DNA of 64,000 nt, taken from positions 17,209 through 81,208 of the forward strand of contig JABWCK010000001.1 in NCBI GenBank assembly GCA_013360305.1. Reading direction: 5' to 3'. This stretch comes from Candidatus Micrarchaeota archaeon. GTDB lineage: Archaea; Micrarchaeota; Micrarchaeia; Norongarragalinales; Norongarragalinaceae. Shown piece after piece: positions 1-9,859 of the stretch. Both the position numbers and the translations under genes were made by a program. How positions within the stretch are numbered: position 1 is the stretch's first letter; the number at the start of each line of letters is the position of its first letter. The notes below the pieces were generated by a model that saw only the letters and a list, made by a program, of their open reading frames with translations, made no database searches and was not told the DNA's origin.

Positions 1-1
1 T

Positions 2-607
2 GAAATAATAATCAACGGAGCACTAGAATATTCAGCATACAAAGAAGCAGTTGAAACCGCTTTAAACAGCGGGACGTATAACGTCGAAAACTATGATAAA
101 GAAAATGAAACAGACACTGCACCAAACCCAGCATATAATGACAATGTCGACTCTCAGCTCGCACTAATTTTAACAGAGCTCGAAAACGGTAACGAAATAA
201 TACACACTAGAATAGTTTTTCCTGCTGAAATAGGCTTAGAGAAAATGGGAAACATTTTATCAGAAAACGGGTTCACAATCGAATCATTTAATTCTGAAGC
301 AATTTACGCAAATTCTGAAGCCAACAAAATAAAAAGAGTTTCTACCCACCAAGGAGTAAAAATATACTTAAACACAAACTACCCATTACCCCAAACAATA
401 ACTCAAAAAACAGCAGATAAAATCGACTTAAAAAATAAAGAAGAACAAAAAACAGAAGACAAACCATTGAAGATAACGTTAGTTCAAAAAAGAAAAACTA
501 CCTTTTTTGGTTTTCCAATAGAGTACGAAATTAAAAAAACAATAAACAATTCAGGAAAAATAGAAAAAACCGACAAGCCATGGTGGGCGTTTTTATTCGG
601 AGATTGA
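2..607 (+). CDS. Hypothetical protein, 5'-truncated by the window edge
   Basis: Frame is open from base 2 through the listed 245..607 ORF. It ends KPWWAFLFGD, 4 bp before the next gene. Confidence 0.7.
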   Translation, partial: EIIINGALEYSAYKEAVETALNSGTYNVENYDKENETDTAPNPAYNDNVDSQLALILTELENGNEIIHTRIVFPAEIGLEKMGNILSENGFTIESFNSEAIYANSEANKIKRVSTHQGVKIYLNTNYPLPQTITQKTADKIDLKNKEEQKTEDKPLKITLVQKRKTTFFGFPIEYEIKKTINNSGKIEKTDKPWWAFLFGD

Positions 608-611
608 AATA

Positions 612-3515
612 ATGAAAAAATTCGCAATAATTGCACTAGTCTTACTGTTAACGCCATTAATCGCCACTGACGCAGATGACGATTTTTGTGATACAACAGT
701 ACATAATGCATTAAGTGGGGAAGAATTTTTTTATGATCAACATATAGACTCTCCCGGAGATGTGGACTGGTTTCACGGATACCAGCCAATGACTTTTCAA
801 GTGCGGATAAATATGATTCCTCCACACAATAAAGACTACGATATCGAAATTTATTCATCAAACTGTAACAACTTGGTAGCAACGTGTTCTAGCGGAACAG
901 GAGCTACTGAAAATTGTTTTGCATTTGTTTCTGGAGACTATTATGCAAAAGTAGTTGGAAAAAACAACGACTACGAGCCGAACGCTTCATATTTTATAAC
1001 ATCGGGAAGCGGCTTTGGAAGTTGTTCAATGAGTCCAACAGATGGAACTCCAGCCAAAGCGTTTTTTTATCGTAATGAAAACTTAAACTCAGTAAATTTC
1101 AAGTTCAAAAACACTAATACTATAACGGTTGCAGCTTACCTTAACCACCAATTATATCGGCCATCGCCTAACAACGGGTTTTTGCAAGAACAATTAATAT
1201 TTCAAGAATACCAAATATCGCCAGGACAAACCTTTTTCAGTAATTCACAATTTGTTCCAGGCGGAAACGGTTGGCCCGATATTGGAACTTATACCCATAA
1301 AGCAATAATGCTAACGTATTGTCCATCAACTGGCTTTAATGGAATAGTCACTCCATTATCTTTTTCAGACCCAATCGTAAGTTGCACTCAAAATGGAGGC
1401 GAATGCAGTTTCCCAGGAACAAGCACTCTAAATTGTTGCAGTACTTACTGCAATACTCAATTCCAATGCGATAACTTCCCCACCCCAACGCCTACACCCA
1501 CACCTACGGCTACTCCGACTCCAACACCGACAGGAACGCCTACTCCTACTGCAACGCCTACGCCTTCTGGTACTCCTACGCCTACACCAAATCCTGCTAG
1601 TCGGCCGGTTATTTTCTTAGAAGACGCTGCGGATAATATTAATATATTCAAACAACCCGGAGATTATTTGAATATCAACATAGCGTCACCAGAAAGCCAG
1701 CCTATTACGATATCTTATGATGATTCCCGGCTTCAACTAATTTCAGGCGTTTGCAACAAAGGAACTGCGTTATTAGTGTCTGGAAATAATTACTGCAAGT
1801 TTTTGATTGATTACTCTGCGCCGAATAATGCTTACCAATTCAGTGCTTCGGGTGGTTTTGGAACAGTAAACAGTCCCTTCGTTCAAGTAACAAGTAATCC
1901 AGCGGGATTAATGGTTACTAACAAGCAAAAGTTAACCGAGAGGTATAATGACGCTGCGGGAGCTAAGAGTGTTTTGGAACTAGCCTTCAGTAAAGCTCAA
2001 ACAAGGAAGACTATTGTTTACGACTTGAATGACTACTTGGAAAACCATCCCTTCAATTCTATTTATTCTTATAATGAAGACCCGTTGAATCCAAGTATTC
2101 CAGACAACAACGCTTACGCTAATAGCGTTTCTAGTTTTGTTAAACAAAAATGCGGAAAATGCACTAGCATAGACATTATCGGCGACGACTACGTCGTGCC
2201 TCACTATAGAATTGACTATGTTTCTTTAGCTAATTCGTTTAACTTGTTTGAAACACTGCAAGGACCTCAAACAAAATACATTTATTCCGACACTCCGCTT
2301 ATTCCCAAGTCTGAAAAGCCATTCAGCGAACTAGATGACTTGTTTACTTTCGAACAAATACAATTTGTTGTTCCTGACTCGATGAGTTCAGACATGCAGT
2401 CTAACTTGACTGCATTAAAGAACACTATTAGAGCAAAATATCCTTTCTCGACTATTGTTGCAGACTTGAAATCAAGTCAAGTAACTTGTGAAACGACTCA
2501 ATTAACCGGAAAAACACTCGTCTTGATCGGAGATCGTTCAAATAATAACGCCATCAAGTGCGTTCCTTGGTTCGGCAACATTCAAGACTCGGTTTCAATA
2601 GAAAGAAGCGTTTGGGGAAGTACAAGCAACTTACTTGCAAGAAAGAATTACGCCATAGTATTGTCTACTAACACTCCAGACATAGTAGCATCGTTCAGAG
2701 TAATCATTCAAGAAGATATGTTTTCCAACACAAACGAATCAACAATTACGTTCATAGAAACCACGCTAGAAGCTTGTGAATTGGTCGGGATAGTACCGCC
2801 TTTCGATATTGCAGGAGATTTTTGTGGTTTCGCTAATGATTGTGGACATTTTGGGTCTACACTAGTTCAAAGACATTCTTTAGACCAAGAAAGAGGAGCT
2901 TACTGTGGCATGAGCGTCTTGTTCATAGCATTACCAGGAATTCCTGGGGGCCCAATTAAAAAACTCGCTAAAGAGAGTAAAGATTTTGCTAGAGGATTGT
3001 TAAAACTAGACATAAAAGCAACAAAACAACTTGAAAAAATATTAAAAGCAGTAAACAATCCAAAATTTGCCTATCAAAAAGTAATGGAAGATATTGGAAC
3101 GCTAAAGGCTACACCTAACTTCCATTTGTTTTTAGAGAAACTAATTAAAGAAACAGCTAGCCAACCATCAAATTTAGGAAAATTAACCGAACTAAGACAT
3201 GGCGCAAATAGGAAAAAAGCAGGGAGTACAATATTAGGCATAACACAGGATCTACAAGGATCAGGGGGAATAAAACAAGAAATAGACTTAATACACGACT
3301 TTAATGGAGAAAGATATTTAGACGAAGTAAAAAGCTCTAACTTTTTACAACTAGATACGAGATTAAAAGACGAACTCAAAAGATATGATGAATTAAGAAA
3401 ACAAGGACTCGGAGATAAAGTAAGATTAGTAACAGCAGGTACAGTATCAGAGGATGTTAAAAACTATATTAGAAACGAAAACTTGGTCATAGAAATAATA
3501 GAAAACGGAATATAA
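612..3515 (+). CDS. Secreted multidomain polymorphic-toxin-like protein: signal peptide, PPC-like domain, Cys-knot, PT linker, C25-like N-half, C-terminal PD-(D/E)xK nuclease
   Basis: Signal peptide MKKFAIIALVLLL. DVDWF/DYDIEIY PPC-like motifs. IIGDDYVVP..YSD C25-like motif. Hydrophobic/Gly pre-toxin segment, then EIDLI-x-YLDEVKS. Confidence 0.7.
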   Translation: MKKFAIIALVLLLTPLIATDADDDFCDTTVHNALSGEEFFYDQHIDSPGDVDWFHGYQPMTFQVRINMIPPHNKDYDIEIYSSNCNNLVATCSSGTGATENCFAFVSGDYYAKVVGKNNDYEPNASYFITSGSGFGSCSMSPTDGTPAKAFFYRNENLNSVNFKFKNTNTITVAAYLNHQLYRPSPNNGFLQEQLIFQEYQISPGQTFFSNSQFVPGGNGWPDIGTYTHKAIMLTYCPSTGFNGIVTPLSFSDPIVSCTQNGGECSFPGTSTLNCCSTYCNTQFQCDNFPTPTPTPTPTATPTPTPTGTPTPTATPTPSGTPTPTPNPASRPVIFLEDAADNINIFKQPGDYLNINIASPESQPITISYDDSRLQLISGVCNKGTALLVSGNNYCKFLIDYSAPNNAYQFSASGGFGTVNSPFVQVTSNPAGLMVTNKQKLTERYNDAAGAKSVLELAFSKAQTRKTIVYDLNDYLENHPFNSIYSYNEDPLNPSIPDNNAYANSVSSFVKQKCGKCTSIDIIGDDYVVPHYRIDYVSLANSFNLFETLQGPQTKYIYSDTPLIPKSEKPFSELDDLFTFEQIQFVVPDSMSSDMQSNLTALKNTIRAKYPFSTIVADLKSSQVTCETTQLTGKTLVLIGDRSNNNAIKCVPWFGNIQDSVSIERSVWGSTSNLLARKNYAIVLSTNTPDIVASFRVIIQEDMFSNTNESTITFIETTLEACELVGIVPPFDIAGDFCGFANDCGHFGSTLVQRHSLDQERGAYCGMSVLFIALPGIPGGPIKKLAKESKDFARGLLKLDIKATKQLEKILKAVNNPKFAYQKVMEDIGTLKATPNFHLFLEKLIKETASQPSNLGKLTELRHGANRKKAGSTILGITQDLQGSGGIKQEIDLIHDFNGERYLDEVKSSNFLQLDTRLKDELKRYDELRKQGLGDKVRLVTAGTVSEDVKNYIRNENLVIEIIENGI
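1478..1592 (+). repeat. Pro-Thr coding repeat (PTPTPT linker)
   Basis: Translates as PTPTPTPTPTATPTPTPTGTPTPTATPTPSGTPTPTP with diverse codons. Confidence 0.9.
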
Positions 3516-3527
3516 AGAGGTAAAAAA

Positions 3528-4106
3528 ATGTTAGATAAACTCGTATTACAAGTTCAAGAATTAAATTGGCGAGAATATCCCGGCAAAAATAAAGACGGCC
3601 ACTTATGGAAACAAGGAGAAAAAATAATTCTTGGCGTTACGTCTTATTTTTCATCCAAACTAGAGCTCGCAAATACAAAAAACAAAAACTTAACGCAAGT
3701 CTATAAATGCGTATACTCTTTTCAGGGAGAAATAATAGCAGCATATAAAAAAATAAGCAATTCTGAAGAAGGATTAGTAATAGTAAACGCAGGCGAATTG
3801 ATGTTTTTGATCAGAATAGATCCGTTAGAAGGAAACATAATGCAGTTTAAAAAAGGACAAATGATCACGGGAAGAATCGTTTTAGGTGCGATATACTCTA
3901 AAAACGAGTATCCGATTACCAGTACAATACTAGAAATAAAAAAAATTACTGAAGGCGAATTCGAAAAAATAAGAGAACAAATGTCGATACCTGAATTCGA
4001 AATAGAAAGCAGCGGAACTACTATGATTACAATAAACAATATTACTCAAGAAGTCAAGCGACTTCCAAAAATAGATACAACTTATTTGAAAAAAACCGAG
4101 GAATAA
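3528..4106 (+). CDS. Hypothetical cytoplasmic protein, putative immunity protein
   Basis: Directly follows the nuclease tip. GAGGT RBS, no signal peptide, A-rich like the toxin tip. Confidence 0.55.
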   Translation: MLDKLVLQVQELNWREYPGKNKDGHLWKQGEKIILGVTSYFSSKLELANTKNKNLTQVYKCVYSFQGEIIAAYKKISNSEEGLVIVNAGELMFLIRIDPLEGNIMQFKKGQMITGRIVLGAIYSKNEYPITSTILEIKKITEGEFEKIREQMSIPEFEIESSGTTMITINNITQEVKRLPKIDTTYLKKTEE

Positions 4107-4109
4107 AAA

Positions 4110-7100
4110 ATGAATAAACACTCGCGTCTTGCACTGTTTGCTGTCGCATTGCTTAGCTCGAGTTTTGTCTTAGCGGCGTCTTCGCAGTATGAGTCGGCTG
4201 CGGTTTCTAGGATTGTTGGCGACAGCATTAGTGAGTTAAAACAGCAATTAAGCCAAGGGGACAAGGTTTTCCAGCACGGTACTTACTATACAGTCGAATA
4301 CCCGAGTCTTGGTTGTTTGATTACTAATAACGAGCCGGGCAACAAGGTTTGTCAGAATAAGGCGTTGTTCGAACAAAGCTTTCCAGGCAGTTTTTCTTAT
4401 GGCGATGGTAGTTTTAGTAGTTGGAGTTGGAATGAGTTAAAGAACGAGTTTGATGATTGGGCTAACAACGAGTTATTTTTATTAGAATCAAACGGGGTTT
4501 TAACTAGCAACGGAGTGGTTTTGGTTAACAGGGCAGGACAACAATTAACACCTAATGATGTAATAGTGAAAAATGCTTTTGCTAATAGAAAACCATTATT
4601 TGTTTCTGATGCGGAGTATGGGGGATTGTACTTGCCTAATACTTTAGCAGGAGACAAGTCGTTTATTGGCGCGTTGGGCCAGGACTCTGTTAGCATCGCT
4701 ACCACATCAGTAAAGAATCGAGAGTTTACGCTGGCTTTAATGTGTTATTTGACTAGGGACAAAAACGTTGGTGAAGCATTCAGGGAAGCTAGGAATAATT
4801 ATTACTGGGGTTCTGGAAAACCCAGCGGCTTGGCGTTAATGTCATACTTCTTGTATGGCACTACTAGCGTCAACTATTCTATGCCCGCCCAAATACTGGA
4901 AAGCGATTGGAAGAAACAATGCAGTACTTACTTTAATTCCACGGGCTTCTCAATAGTGACGGGCAGCGATGTTTATGGCGATGTGAGGGGAACAAAGGCA
5001 GAAATATTGTTTGATTCACCGGAACCTTTAGTTCAAGAAATTAGTTTAGACTTCAATAATTACCAAATTATTGATTTCAATAATTATTCATTGTTAACAG
5101 TTAACGGAACCGCATTAAGAAGCGAGTTTTTAGAATTGCCGTTACCGGTCAAGACGATTATTTCAAAGTTTCCAGAAAAAACAATCATAGTAAACATTAC
5201 AGTAACTTCCAAAACCAATCCAATCGATTTAGATTTGAATATTCCTTCATGGAACGGAACGCAATTAATAGATAGGCTTTGTTCTTCAAACGCTACTCAA
5301 GCAGGAATAAACTTTACTGGCGCAGTCATTGAAGACGATTCGTCCACGATAGTAGACGTAAACCCGGTGGAAGTAGTTAATTGTGAAGAAGGACGATTCA
5401 AGTTGTATAGAAGTTTAGTGTATAGGATTGAGTACTTGCCTTATTCGCCGGTTTTAATAAAAACACTAGACTACGCCAATCCAGTCTTGCCTAGCACTCA
5501 AGTTAATTTGACTGCGCAATTGGAACTAGTTGGTTTCTTGAGTAATTCTACAGGAGAATACGAACCAGACGAAAACACTGTCGCGCTGTACCACTTCAAC
5601 GAAGAAGGTACTGAGGAAATAGTAGATTCATCTGGAAACGGTTTTAATGGAATAGGTCAAAACTTGCTTTCTATAGAAGGTGTTTATGATAATGGCGTTT
5701 CATTTAGTGAACCAAATTCTTATGCTAACTTTACTCAAAACGAGTTGGGTTTTGAAACGAACTTCACAGTCGAAGCACGCATAAAAATAGGAAACATTCC
5801 TGAATCGTACGAAATGTTTATTTCAAGAGAAGGATGGGGTGGTAATTACTACTTAGGTATAACCCCAGAAGGAAAAGCATACACTCAAATAAACATCGAC
5901 CAAACAGGGTACGCATTAACTAGCGACAGGATTATTGCGGATGGAGAATGGCATCACGTTGCATTGACGTATGACGGAGTTGTTTTCAAGCAATGGATTG
6001 ATGGAGTTGAAGAAAAAAGCACTGAACTAACGGGCGTCGCATACTCGGATCCGAGACAAACGACTTGGTTTGGAGGAAAGCAAAGCGCGGATATTTACAA
6101 ATTCCATGGAGAATTAGATGAAGCAAGGTTCAGTAATACGGCAAGAACAGAATTTAACGCTAACAGTATTAGTGGCAGACTAGTTTTGAAGAATGGAAAC
6201 GAAATCGTTGCTCAAAAACAATACAACGGCGAAACTAGCCAAGTGTTGGAATTTGACTCAGATGATGAAGAAAAAATCACTAGCTATAAGTTGGAGTTCG
6301 TTGAAAAAAACGAAGCCAAAGCAACTAAGAGTTTTGATTTGGAAACATTGTTGTTGAAAACTTGGGTAGAAATTCCTGAACTAGTTGAAAACGAGAGGAC
6401 TACTACAACTTTGAAACTGGACAACAAGCTCGACCATTCGATTAATGCTAATATTACTTACTTTTTATACAACAAGACTAGCTACGTGGAAGAAAGAACA
6501 GTACAAAAAACCTTGATTCCAGGAGTTAATTCTGACGAACAAGAATTCACTGGATTAAAGCGAAGCAATATTGCTTACTCTCTTACGGCAGTAATTTACT
6601 ACGAAGGAAGGAACAAAACGGTTTCTGGAGTTATTACGACTAACCACGCTCCAGAATTAAGCGAAATACAAGACATTACGGTAAACGAGACTCAGGTCGT
6701 TTTAATCAATCCCCAAGCAACCGACTTGGAAGAAGACCCGATAACTTTTGAAATAAGCTCACCGGTTGGAAATGATGGAGTTTGGAATACTACCTACAAT
6801 GATTCCGGAACTTACTTCGTTAGAGTAAATGCTAGCGATGGATTATTGAAAGACTCTAGGCTAGTAAAATTAACGATACTAAACAAAAACCGCCCTCCAA
6901 TTCTTCAACTTATCGGCAGCAAGAACGTAAACGAGGAACAACTGCTTCAAATACAATTAAACGCGTCAGACGCGGACGGGGAAGAAATAACGTACTCGAC
7001 TAGCGCAAGCGAAGTATTACCTTCAAATTATTCCTTTAATTCGACTACGGGATTATTCAAGTGGACGCCTGCACAAGGAGAAGCTGGAACGTATTTTGTT

Positions 7101-8507
7101 TCATTCAACGCTTCGGATTTAGAAGACCAAGATTTTGAAGTAGTAAAAATAACCGTGAACTCAACTCAAAACCACGCGCCAATACTATCAAGCATAGGAA
7201 ACAAAACAGTAAACGAAAACCAAACCCTAACGATTCAATTGAATGCTTCCGACTCTGACAACGACGAACTAGTTTTTGGAACTAACGCGTTTACAAAATT
7301 ACCAAGCGCGTTCTCATTCAACACTAGTACGGGAAAACTAGTTTGGACGCCGACTTTTGAAGACGCAGGAATATACAACGTGTTGTTTAACGTCACCGAC
7401 GGATCGTTAACAGATAGTGAAACAATAAACATTACGGTAAAAAATGTTAATCGGGCACCAGCATTAACCGACCCCGGAAACAAACAAATAGAAGAAAACA
7501 ACAAGCTAACCATCCAACTAACAGCTACAGACGCTGACGGAGACGCAGTAAACTATTCATCAAACGCAAACACGGCACTACCAAGCACTTACGCGCTTAA
7601 TTCCACTACCGGCTTGTTTGAATGGACGCCCAGACTAATTGATGCAGGAACTTACAGCGTTACCTTTGGAGCTAGCGATGGACAAGCAACCACGCTAAAA
7701 ACCATTAGTATAACAGTCAACAACTCGCTAGTTCCCGGTCCAGTAAGCCCAGACTATAAAGGCAAACCCACCAACCCAAGCGTTAACGGCAAACTAGACT
7801 CTTTTGGAGCGTTGTACTTTGTTTGGGAAAGAATTTCAAACGCTAAAAACTATTCAGTATCAGTAAAATACAACGGGCCTTACGCTAACTCTTTCGACTA
7901 TCCTAACGTTACTTACACCAACCAATCTGCTTCAGGAAACATTTCCCTACCAATTCCTGCCACACAAATGGACAAGCAAGCAGACGGATTTTACGAGTGG
8001 AGAATAGGCGCGTGCATTGGCGCGAGTCCAACAAACTGCGCCTGGCACGAATACTCTGACACTTGGTTTAGCTTTAATAAAACAATGATTCCAGAAACAC
8101 TAGGCCCGCAATCACAAACACTAACCACCAATACCAAGCTAGAATGGAATGCTTCAAGACACGACGCTGCAGTAAACGGCTTAGAACTAGGAGGAAAGCC
8201 AGACTACTTAATAATCAAACTGCAAGGCTTAACTGGAAGTCAAAATACTTGTTTGAGCGAACCGCTTCCAGCTAATTGTTACTTAGTATTTCCTTACAAG
8301 ACAAGCAGTGAAGGTATCCCCGGACAAGCAGGATATCAAGGAAACTACTACCAATTCAACCAAACATACTACAACCAAATAGCCCAAGGAACTTACGACT
8401 GGAGTATTTCACTATTCGAAGGCGAATTATCAACAGATCCTTACTACAAGCAATTAAGACTACAAAAAACCAGGTTCGGACAAACCAAAACAATAACTAA
8501 AAACTGA
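4110..8507 (+). CDS. Giant secreted surface protein: degenerate C25-like C-half, LamG-like jellyroll, about 4 cadherin/He_PIG-like Ig repeats
   Basis: Signal peptide. GEAFREARN..YFLYG. FTVEARIK/WHHVALTYDG/GELDE LamG motifs. Repeated N.AP.L..IG.K.VNE...ASD.D. Confidence 0.8.
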   Translation: MNKHSRLALFAVALLSSSFVLAASSQYESAAVSRIVGDSISELKQQLSQGDKVFQHGTYYTVEYPSLGCLITNNEPGNKVCQNKALFEQSFPGSFSYGDGSFSSWSWNELKNEFDDWANNELFLLESNGVLTSNGVVLVNRAGQQLTPNDVIVKNAFANRKPLFVSDAEYGGLYLPNTLAGDKSFIGALGQDSVSIATTSVKNREFTLALMCYLTRDKNVGEAFREARNNYYWGSGKPSGLALMSYFLYGTTSVNYSMPAQILESDWKKQCSTYFNSTGFSIVTGSDVYGDVRGTKAEILFDSPEPLVQEISLDFNNYQIIDFNNYSLLTVNGTALRSEFLELPLPVKTIISKFPEKTIIVNITVTSKTNPIDLDLNIPSWNGTQLIDRLCSSNATQAGINFTGAVIEDDSSTIVDVNPVEVVNCEEGRFKLYRSLVYRIEYLPYSPVLIKTLDYANPVLPSTQVNLTAQLELVGFLSNSTGEYEPDENTVALYHFNEEGTEEIVDSSGNGFNGIGQNLLSIEGVYDNGVSFSEPNSYANFTQNELGFETNFTVEARIKIGNIPESYEMFISREGWGGNYYLGITPEGKAYTQINIDQTGYALTSDRIIADGEWHHVALTYDGVVFKQWIDGVEEKSTELTGVAYSDPRQTTWFGGKQSADIYKFHGELDEARFSNTARTEFNANSISGRLVLKNGNEIVAQKQYNGETSQVLEFDSDDEEKITSYKLEFVEKNEAKATKSFDLETLLLKTWVEIPELVENERTTTTLKLDNKLDHSINANITYFLYNKTSYVEERTVQKTLIPGVNSDEQEFTGLKRSNIAYSLTAVIYYEGRNKTVSGVITTNHAPELSEIQDITVNETQVVLINPQATDLEEDPITFEISSPVGNDGVWNTTYNDSGTYFVRVNASDGLLKDSRLVKLTILNKNRPPILQLIGSKNVNEEQLLQIQLNASDADGEEITYSTSASEVLPSNYSFNSTTGLFKWTPAQGEAGTYFVSFNASDLEDQDFEVVKITVNSTQNHAPILSSIGNKTVNENQTLTIQLNASDSDNDELVFGTNAFTKLPSAFSFNTSTGKLVWTPTFEDAGIYNVLFNVTDGSLTDSETINITVKNVNRAPALTDPGNKQIEENNKLTIQLTATDADGDAVNYSSNANTALPSTYALNSTTGLFEWTPRLIDAGTYSVTFGASDGQATTLKTISITVNNSLVPGPVSPDYKGKPTNPSVNGKLDSFGALYFVWERISNAKNYSVSVKYNGPYANSFDYPNVTYTNQSASGNISLPIPATQMDKQADGFYEWRIGACIGASPTNCAWHEYSDTWFSFNKTMIPETLGPQSQTLTTNTKLEWNASRHDAAVNGLELGGKPDYLIIKLQGLTGSQNTCLSEPLPANCYLVFPYKTSSEGIPGQAGYQGNYYQFNQTYYNQIAQGTYDWSISLFEGELSTDPYYKQLRLQKTRFGQTKTITKN

Positions 8508-8549
8508 AGATTCAAAACCGCTAAAAAGGCTTGTTTCGTAGTAGTTTAG

Positions 8550-9311
8550 ATGCCTGTTAATAAGATTCCTTTTGGTATTCCTGGTTTGGATGAAGCCTTA
8601 AACGGCGGGATTCCGGAAAACAACTTAGTGTTAATCTCTGGAGGCGCTGGTACGGGTAAGTCAACGCTTTGCTTGCAGTACTTAGTTAACGGTGCTAAGA
8701 AAGGAGAAAAAGGATTATACATTTCAACAGAACAAAACCTAGCTGACTTAAGCAAGCAAGGAGAACAATACGGCTGGAACTTGCAGGAACTAGTAGACAA
8801 AAACCTGCTTCGAGTAGTATACATTGATATCATTAGGGAAGACTTTGTTTTCAAAAAAATCAAAGACTCAATACAAGACTTTAAACCCAACCGACTAGTC
8901 ATTGACTCACTAAACACTTTATCTGACTTTACTGCCAGCACTGACTTTGCTAGACAACTATACATGCAACGCGGAACAATGTCCCCCACTATATCAGACA
9001 AAGTCCTGCCAGAAAACTTGACTGAAAACTTGTTAAAGCGAAAAATAATGATGGCATTCCTATCAGAAATCAAAAACACCAAAACCACCGCCCTACTAAC
9101 AAGCGAACTACCCGAAAAAGGCGACTACCTCTCCGCAGACGGAGTCAGCGAATTCCTAAGCGACGGCGTGATAATACTGAACTACTTAGGAGTAGGCTTA
9201 ACCCAATTTAGAAGCATACAAATAAGAAAAATGAGATATAGCAACCATGAAAAAGATTACATAGGCTATGACCTCAAAGCGGGAATAGAAATACAAAAGG
9301 ACGTGGTATAA
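8550..9311 (+). CDS. KaiC-like/RAD55 family ATPase (single domain)
   Basis: GIPGLDEALNGG, GGAGTGKS, RLVIDS, IRKMR. Confidence 0.9.
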   Translation: MPVNKIPFGIPGLDEALNGGIPENNLVLISGGAGTGKSTLCLQYLVNGAKKGEKGLYISTEQNLADLSKQGEQYGWNLQELVDKNLLRVVYIDIIREDFVFKKIKDSIQDFKPNRLVIDSLNTLSDFTASTDFARQLYMQRGTMSPTISDKVLPENLTENLLKRKIMMAFLSEIKNTKTTALLTSELPEKGDYLSADGVSEFLSDGVIILNYLGVGLTQFRSIQIRKMRYSNHEKDYIGYDLKAGIEIQKDVV

Positions 9312-9859
9312 TGTTCTCTACTTTAACTAGGCTAATGATGCATAAACAAATGATCATTAACGCAGGGGAAGTAAAAATTTTCGACAACAACGTAGTATTA
9401 AACCCCCTTAGTACAGAAGTTAGCCTATATACCGAACTAAAAAAAACAAATCAAGAAAAAATCATATATTACAGTGCTAAAAAAGCTGGAAAAGAATGGT
9501 TTGGCAACATGATCAACAAATACGGGATGAAAGCAAAAGACGTAATGACTTGGGGACCAGAATTAATTGATTTAGGCGGATGGGGAATAGTAAAACCACT
9601 TGAAGCAGATATGATGAAAAAAGAATTTACTTTTGAGTTACAAAAATCCACCTTCGCCAGACAATATGGCAAATCAACAGAAGCAGTAGATTACTATTTT
9701 AGAGGATTTGTCACAGGCGCATGGTCGGCAATAACTAATACCGAATTAGAAGGAATAGAAATAAAATGTGCAGCCAAAGGAGACGCGACTTGTAAATTCT
9801 TATTAAAGGAAAAAACAAAATTCGACTCAAAAGATCCATTAGTAATTAAACAACTATAA
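9311..9859 (+). CDS. V4R (4-vinyl reductase) domain protein
   Basis: GWG, RGFVTG, EIKCAAKGDATCKF. TAATG overlap with the KaiC-like gene. Confidence 0.85.
   Translation: MFSTLTRLMMHKQMIINAGEVKIFDNNVVLNPLSTEVSLYTELKKTNQEKIIYYSAKKAGKEWFGNMINKYGMKAKDVMTWGPELIDLGGWGIVKPLEADMMKKEFTFELQKSTFARQYGKSTEAVDYYFRGFVTGAWSAITNTELEGIEIKCAAKGDATCKFLLKEKTKFDSKDPLVIKQL

Noticed and set aside
1457-1651. GV-repeat ORF on the minus strand
   Set aside because: Antisense shadow of the PT linker.
8550-9311. Circadian clock KaiC
   Set aside because: It is single-domain and there is no kaiA or kaiB.
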